From Blastocladiella emersonii ATCC 22665 (lineage: Eukaryota; Fungi; Blastocladiomycota): DNA of 64,000 nucleotides. The position numbers and the translations under genes were made by a program. Positions 57,732 through 64,000 of this stretch are shown here, one piece after another. How positions within the stretch are numbered: position 1 is the stretch's first letter; the number at the start of each line of letters is the position of its first letter. The DNA is taken from NCBI GenBank assembly GCA_025594325.1, contig JANHCV010000001.1, positions 3,224,001 to 3,288,000 of the forward strand, read 5' to 3'. The notes under the pieces were generated by a model. That model saw nothing but the letters and a program-made list of their open reading frames with translations. It was not told the DNA's origin and did not search any database.

Positions 57732-59315
57732 CATCAAAGCCCCCTTCTTGTGTCGGAATATCACACTCGCTGTCTCGTACGCTCAGTGGTACGGCTTCGT
57801 CGAGTGCTGGTTCGCAAATCAGGTTGCTCGGCCGGACGAGAGTTGGGCGACATGACCACCGGACGGCTGGAAGTCGCGCTGCGCCACTCACGTGAATGGG
57901 CGCACTCTTGCGCGAGTAGGCCATCCGGCGACATGCCCCCGTGCTACCTTCAGGTTCCATGTTATTGATCTGGTCAGCGATCTAGGCCTCATCGTACCCA
58001 TTGAGTTGGCCGCGGGCGAAAGGTCGACGACCTTCAGCTGCGCCATGACCCGTTCGTTCATGGACGCTCCTCTCAGGATCAGCAGCAGCTCGAGTTGCGC
58101 GGGCAAGGCGCAAGGTGCAGGTGGTGAGCGCTTGTCCTGATGAGAACACACGAGGCAGGTTTAAAGAGCGTTTCAATAACTCACATCATAGTACGTCCGC
58201 AAGCTCTCTCGTCTGCGCAAACCAGCAGCAACCCTCACTCCGCAACGACTCGCCTTGGGACGCGCCGCCCGTCATGCGGAAACTCGCGAAACCTTGATGC
58301 AGATGCAGTTTGATCCCGCACTCGCGATCCGGGTTATCAGGGCGCGGTGACACCGCTACGCGCATGGACGGACGCCGCAAAGGGGTCAGCCCTGGTGTGA
58401 CGACAAAGACGACAGCCGCGAGAACGCGTACCGCGCATAGCGGACCACGAACATGATCGTCCAAACTGCGAATGCCAGCGAGCCGAGCCAAGCGAAGCCA
58501 AGCCAGCCATCAACGGGTCGAGTCGGGGAGACGAGAGCCAAGTCGTTCACTTGTACCGGTACTTTTGATAAGCTGCTGCGGGATTCGGACGCACCCCTCG
58601 CGCAGCCTTGACGCGAGCCTGGCCGAGGAAGGCACCATGATCGTCTCGCCATCCAAGGACCTCGGGATGGGTGGGGCTGACAAACTGAGCCCAGCCGCTA
58701 CACGATCAGCGCGCGGCGATGACATGAGTCGTGATCACGGACGACGCGGGCGAAAAGATGCGTACCGCGAGCATGGACAGCGACTCATGGTGCCCGCCTC
58801 GACCAGGTTTCGCAAGGAGAATGCACGAGGAATTGGCGGCGCGGAACGGCGTCGTCGTATTGAGCGTGAATGGACGTGAAAGCTGCTGCCGGTGATCAAT
58901 GGACAAGCGATTGAGAGTGCAAATTGCTGTACAGAGTAAAGGGAAGGCTACAGTAGCGGGAGATAGAGAATTTTGTCAGTAGCATGTTGAGCTTGTGCCG
59001 TTCCCGTAACGAGGGCGCGACTTGAGGCGGCAACGGTGATAGTACCAATAACCAGTCTTGCTGAACGGGCGACATAACAGGAGGCATGCGATTGAGAGTG
59101 AGGGAGGCGCAACCGGCTTTCCGCCGAGACGAGTACGCTTGACTTTACCGCCAGAATGTCGCACGGGGCGCCCTGCGTATACCGCGAGCAACGTATCCAA
59201 AGAATCAAGCAGCGAGTTGGTGAGCATTGCGGAGACGCGAAGGCGAGGAGGGCTGCCATAAACCGGCTCGAAGTGGAGGTCTTCCAGCCTGTGGATTCCC
59301 GTGTAGTAGAACACC

Positions 59316-59939
59316 TCAAGCACGAGGTGTTCTGGCTGCAGCGAAGCTTTCTCGCCAGTCGATCTCGAGCCATGCGCACCAGCAGCGGCGCAGCTCGCGC
59401 TGGGTCGATTCATCGGTAACCTTGAGGGGCGACTCAGCGGGAGCACCGCACACCCAATCCTTGGCGATGCAAGCGCGCAGGTGGAAGTTCCAGAATTCGC
59501 GAACGTTGGGATCGAGAACGTGCGAGTACCACAGCTGGCCAACGTTGCGAGTGAGAGTCGGCAAGTCGGCCTCGTCAGCAGGCGAGAACGCGAGCGCATG
59601 GAGAATGAGCATGTTGCGCGCAAGGACTTCGGGCTGCCAGTCGTTGAGAGTGAATGAAAGCCTCTGCTTGATTCCCCGCGCCGCGGCCTCGCACACGGTC
59701 CGGGCGACCCCGGCCAGATCGCCACAGCCGCACACGAGAGCGCACAGGTCAGTTCGCGTGGCCGATTCGTGCGACATGAAGAAGAAGAGGTCGCGCGGTG
59801 CTTGGTTGCGGAACGGGCGAAACCGATTGACGCGGTTGCCGCGGTACTGTGTGCGGCACGTCACGAGCGCCGGAAAATACGCCGGCGCGCGGTTGTCCAT
59901 AATAGCAGATCTATTGCCACCAGTTGCGGGCAAATTCAT
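59316..59939 (-). pseudogene. 5' part of a DUF4470-like gene, with homology to the 36-kb copy lost after WLEIDW
   Basis: Intact frame through GCGD, FTLNDWQPEVLARN and QLWYSHVLD; similarity to the 36-kb copy ends at ~59355. Confidence 0.7.
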
Positions 59940-60252
59940 GGTCTAGGTTGCATGTGAGAGTGAGGCAGTAGGGGCAGAGAGGAGAGGATGCGGATGTCGC
60001 GACGCGACGCGTGGGAACCGGCGCCGCACGCGTTCCGCCACTCACGTGAAATCATGACACGTCTCACCCTGGTTCTCGCCTGCCCATCAAGTATATACGG
60101 TTGCAGAAGCCATGTAAGCTGATGCGCCTGCTAAGCTTTCATGCGTTGTTAATTACTCGTAGTGCAAACTCACGGGCGCCCAAGTCACCCGCTCCACAAC
60201 CGCTCGCACCACGCGTTGGGTCAAAAACGCTTGATTGATGTCCAACACTCGC

Positions 60253-63200
60253 TCACATCCTCCTGCGACCCACCGCCGTACCTGAAGCCGACGCCGTGGT
60301 CGCGCACGCAAAGTGGACGACGCTGGCCGGCGACCGCGCCGACGTGACAATGGCGCTGTTGCCGATCCGCTTGCCGCACACGGGGCACAGCGTGCGATCC
60401 TCGACGACCGCGGACTCGCACTGCAGCGCCGCGAGCCGGATACACGCCGCGTCGTGCTCGCGCTGCGCCAGCGCGCGGACCACGCTGCTGCGGTGAACCT
60501 GCGCCGCGATCCGCGCAAAGGCGCGCGCGACGATCGGGTACGCGAGGTGCGCCTCGGGGTCCAGCGCCGTGACGAGCTCGAGGACCGACGCCGGCGGCAT
60601 GTGGTCGCCAAACTCGGCGAGAAGGTCGAGAATGGTCGGGCGCGGGCACCACGGCGCGGCGACGCAGAGCTCGACGAGCGCAACGTGGTGCGACTGGGCC
60701 TCGCGCACGAGTCTACACTCAGGTTCAAGGGAGCTCCGTGTCAGCTACCGTTGAGGGAGAGCGCATCATAGCGAAGCCAAAACGCACTCGACAGCGCCGT
60801 CGACGGCGCGGAGATCCTCGACCAGGAGCTGCAGCGCGCGGTCAATGTCGCCAAGCCGCCGGTACACGGCGAGCTTCTCCTCCCAGAACCCGGTCGCGGG
60901 GAACATGGCGAGCACCGACTCTGGCTGGTACTTGGCGTCGCTCGACTTGAGAAACTTGACGAGGCGAGCTGCAGGGGTGTCGTCGCCGACCACTGCCCCG
61001 GCGACGGGCGGCGGGATCCCGGATGTGCGACCCGCCGCGTCGTCGTCGTCCTGCTCTTCCTCGTCGCCACCACCAAACTCCTCGTCGCTGCTCTCGCCGT
61101 CGCGGTCCGTGCCCGCCGCCTCGTCGGCCTGCTCGAGCTGGACCAGCTCAATCAGGCTGCGCACGTACGCCTCGTGCAGGACGCTGGCCGATTTCTGCTG
61201 CGTGAAGATGAGAAAGTCGAGGTAGGCGACGACGTAGCGCGGCGAGAGCGCCATGAGGAAGTGGACGAGCTGCGACGCCTCAATGCGGCAGTCCTGCACA
61301 AACTCGAGCGCCGCGGCCGGGTCGACCTGGAACACCCACCCGAGGTACTTGAACACGATCGGGTTGTGCTCGGGCGACCCGTCGAGCTTGTACAGGTACG
61401 ACAGCAGCGCGCGCGGGCCCGACAGCGAGCTCGTGGTGCCCTCCATCGCCTTGCTACATCGGGGGTATTCGAGTCCCATGGCGCGTCAGTCGGTCACGGC
61501 CACGGGAAGCACACACACGCGCCGACCAGCGTACCGCATGAGCAGGTCGAGCGCCTGGTCGTGGAGCGACTTGGATGAGTAAAAGTCGACGAGCTCCGAG
61601 TACTTGTGGTGGCGGAGGAGCAGCGCGGCCGTGGCGTCGATCGGGCACGAGTTCTTGATGCGCAGCAGCGACCCGAGCATCACGTCCGACTTGTCGCGCA
61701 GGTACACGCGGACGAGCGCCATGTCGACGACCGTGCTCTGCTTCTCGATCTCGTCGGGCGTCAGATCGTTGCTCATGCGCGTCAGCACGTCGCGCGCGAG
61801 CGACGACAGCGAGCTGGAGCTCGACGACATGACGCGCGGGATCCCGGACCGGTGCGGCGGCGCCATGGTCATACTCTGCGCGCCGCCGCCGACCCCGCCA
61901 AACACGCTGCCGTTGCCGACCCAGTTTTGCCCCTGCTGCGCCTGCCCGGCGCCGCCGGCTTGCGCGGCCGCTGCCGCCGAGCGCAGCCGACCCAGGATCG
62001 ACCGGCGCTCCGTGAGGAACCGCACCAGCGCGCGCCGCGCTTCGGGGATCTCGGGGTACGGCCGCTTCGAGTCGAGGTGGTGCGTCTGCGGGGTCATGAG
62101 CGGCGGCGGTGGTGGTGGCGCTGCTGCCGCTTCACCCTCGGATGACTGTGGCGTCGCGAGGTTGTCGTCCAGCGTGAACAGGAAGTAGGCGAGGACGGGC
62201 TCGGGCGGGAGACACAGGTCGCGGAACGCGGCCATGGCGTCGTCAAACTGGCCGGCCTGGAACAGGTGGTGTGCGTAGGCGGTCTGGACGGTACACTGGT
62301 GTGCCATTTTTTCGTCGAGCGGGAGCTCCGAGGCCTCGACGAGAACAATGGCGGCGTCAAACTCGGCGGCGTGGATGAGCCGCGCGAGCTGTGCGTCGAG
62401 CGGGATCATGAGGAGGAAGGTGACAGGGCGCCCCGGCGACGCGTAGAAGAGGCCACCCATGGCCGCGACGGCGGCGCCCGCGGCCGAGGACGCGTGCGTG
62501 ACGGCGAGCGTGGTGCATTTGGCCGGCACGTCAAAGGTCTGGACCGGCGCCTGCCCGACCTTAACCTGCAGCGCGGTCCGGGCGGCGTTGAGCCCGACGA
62601 GGTACGGGCCGCAGCGCACGAGGTCGGCGAGCGGCGCGCCCCAGTCGAAGCGGGTCTTGATGCTGTCGTCGAGGCGGAGCACGTGCTGGTTGTTGAAGGC
62701 GAGCAGCTCGGACCCGTAGGCCGCGATGCGCGTGATGGGCGTGCCCGAGAGGAGCGTGAACGAGGTGGCCGAGGATCCGGCGAACCACGAGTAGAGCGAG
62801 ACAAACTCGCCCGTCTCGAGGGTCAGCACCGAGAGCTCCTTGGACGAGGCGATGGCGACGGTGGTGCCGTGGTTCATGAAGGTGATGCCGCGCACCGAGA
62901 CGGGGACGGGATACTCTTTCTACACCACGTTGGTGGGGCGCGTTAGAGGAGACGGTGCATTTTGTTCGATCCTCGAGTAAAGCGTACCGTGGTTGGTGCG
63001 GCGCCATCGCGCGGAACCGTAGCGAGCACGACCTTCTTGTGGAACCCGAGAGCCAAGAGCAGCGGCTCATTGGGCGCCGATGGCGAGCACAGGTCAAACG
63101 AAGCGGGTGCGCGCACGTCCTGGAAGGTATGGACGAGCTCGAACGTGTCGAGGGTGTGCAGGCGGACGAAGCCATCTACGTCGTACGCGTGGTGTCAGCG

Positions 63201-63843
63201 ATGCGGCTTTGCTAACGATGGGTCGCTCCAGTCGCGTACCGACAATCGAGAAGAGCAGATTGGCCGATTCGGACACGCGCAGCGCGTCGACGGGCTTCTT
63301 GGCAAAGTCGGCAATCGTGTCGACCAGTACACACCAGTCGTCGGGCACGGAAGCCGCGGATCCCCTCTCCTCGGACTCAGCGCGTGGTAACGTCGAGGAG
63401 CGCGGCGATCCGGGTGGCGAGGAAGGTGGCTGCGGGTCGACGGCGGCGCTGGGTTCCGCAGGCACCGGCGGGACCGGGGGCGCGTCGCGGCGGCCAAACT
63501 TGGGCGAGCCGAGCGGCGACCCGATGGCGGACTGGAGGCGCGAGAGACCAGACCCGATGGACGGGAGGCGGCTGAGCGGGAGCGGCGGGAGCCCCACGCC
63601 CGAGGTCGACGCGTGGCTGCTGGAGCGCGGCAGCGGGGCCTCCTTGGCCAGGTCGTCGAGGATGGCGGTGACGGCGGGACGGCTGACGTGGTACATGAGC
63701 AGCGCGCCCTGTGCCGTGCCGGCGAAGAGGCGCGAGCCGTCGTGCGTTGTCGCGAGCGCCGTGACGGCAGCGGGCGGTGGCGCCGGCGCCGGAGCGCCCT
63801 CGGGGCCGGCGGCACAGGGTAGGACGTGAAAGGCCTTGTACAT
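60253..63843 (-). CDS. VPS39: Vam6/Vps39-TGFBRAP1 family vacuolar tethering subunit (CNH domain, CHCR repeats, C-terminal Zn-finger-like region), multi-exon
   Basis: MYKAFHVL start; CNH-type repeats; AHHLFQAGQFDDAMAAF; VDMALVRVYL...LGSLLRIKNSC; KYSELVDFYSSKSLHDQALDLL; FLKSSDAKYQPE; CPVCGKRIGNS. Confidence 0.85.
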
Positions 63844-64000
63844 GAGATAACGTTGCAGTTGCTGGAGCGGGGAGGAGAGAGAGCGCGGACCGCCCGCGCG
63901 TCGTGACCACGCGTCTCAGCGAAGGTTGGCGCGCTGCGACGTGCGCTGCGACGCGTTCCCTCGAGCTCGGAGCGATGACTGCGCTCCTCAGCTCTCTGTC

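Overview
A GC-rich eukaryotic window with short GT-AG introns (GTRCG donors, CTRAC branch points). The gene set suggests an early-diverging, probably zoosporic fungus; that assignment is inference. The first ~21 kb and the stretch from ~42 to 52 kb are ordinary housekeeping genes: a HEXXH membrane protease, a Dsn1/Mis13-like gene, RSM22, ARP2, UPF1, a CHID1-like GH18, a SWIB/SNF12 gene, an RluA pseudouridine synthase, a sterol O-acyltransferase, a GT31, an APH-like phosphotransferase, a PAT-like GNAT and an SH3 membrane protein. VPS39-like sits at the right end. A 1.95-kb non-autonomous TIR element (206-bp TIRs, TA duplication) lies at 15165-17113. The striking region is 21.4-41.2 kb. It holds two adjacent multi-kilobase gene-bearing palindromes. 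In the first, ~4.1-kb arms carry one ~950-aa body fused to two different N-termini. In the second, ~3.26-kb arms carry an LRR gene. The DNA between and inside the palindromes is a patchwork of intron-retaining fragments of genes located 20-30 kb downstream, joined at microhomologies. Perfect-identity tracts abut older tracts with mostly synonymous divergence, which points to an old local duplication being homogenised by gene conversion.
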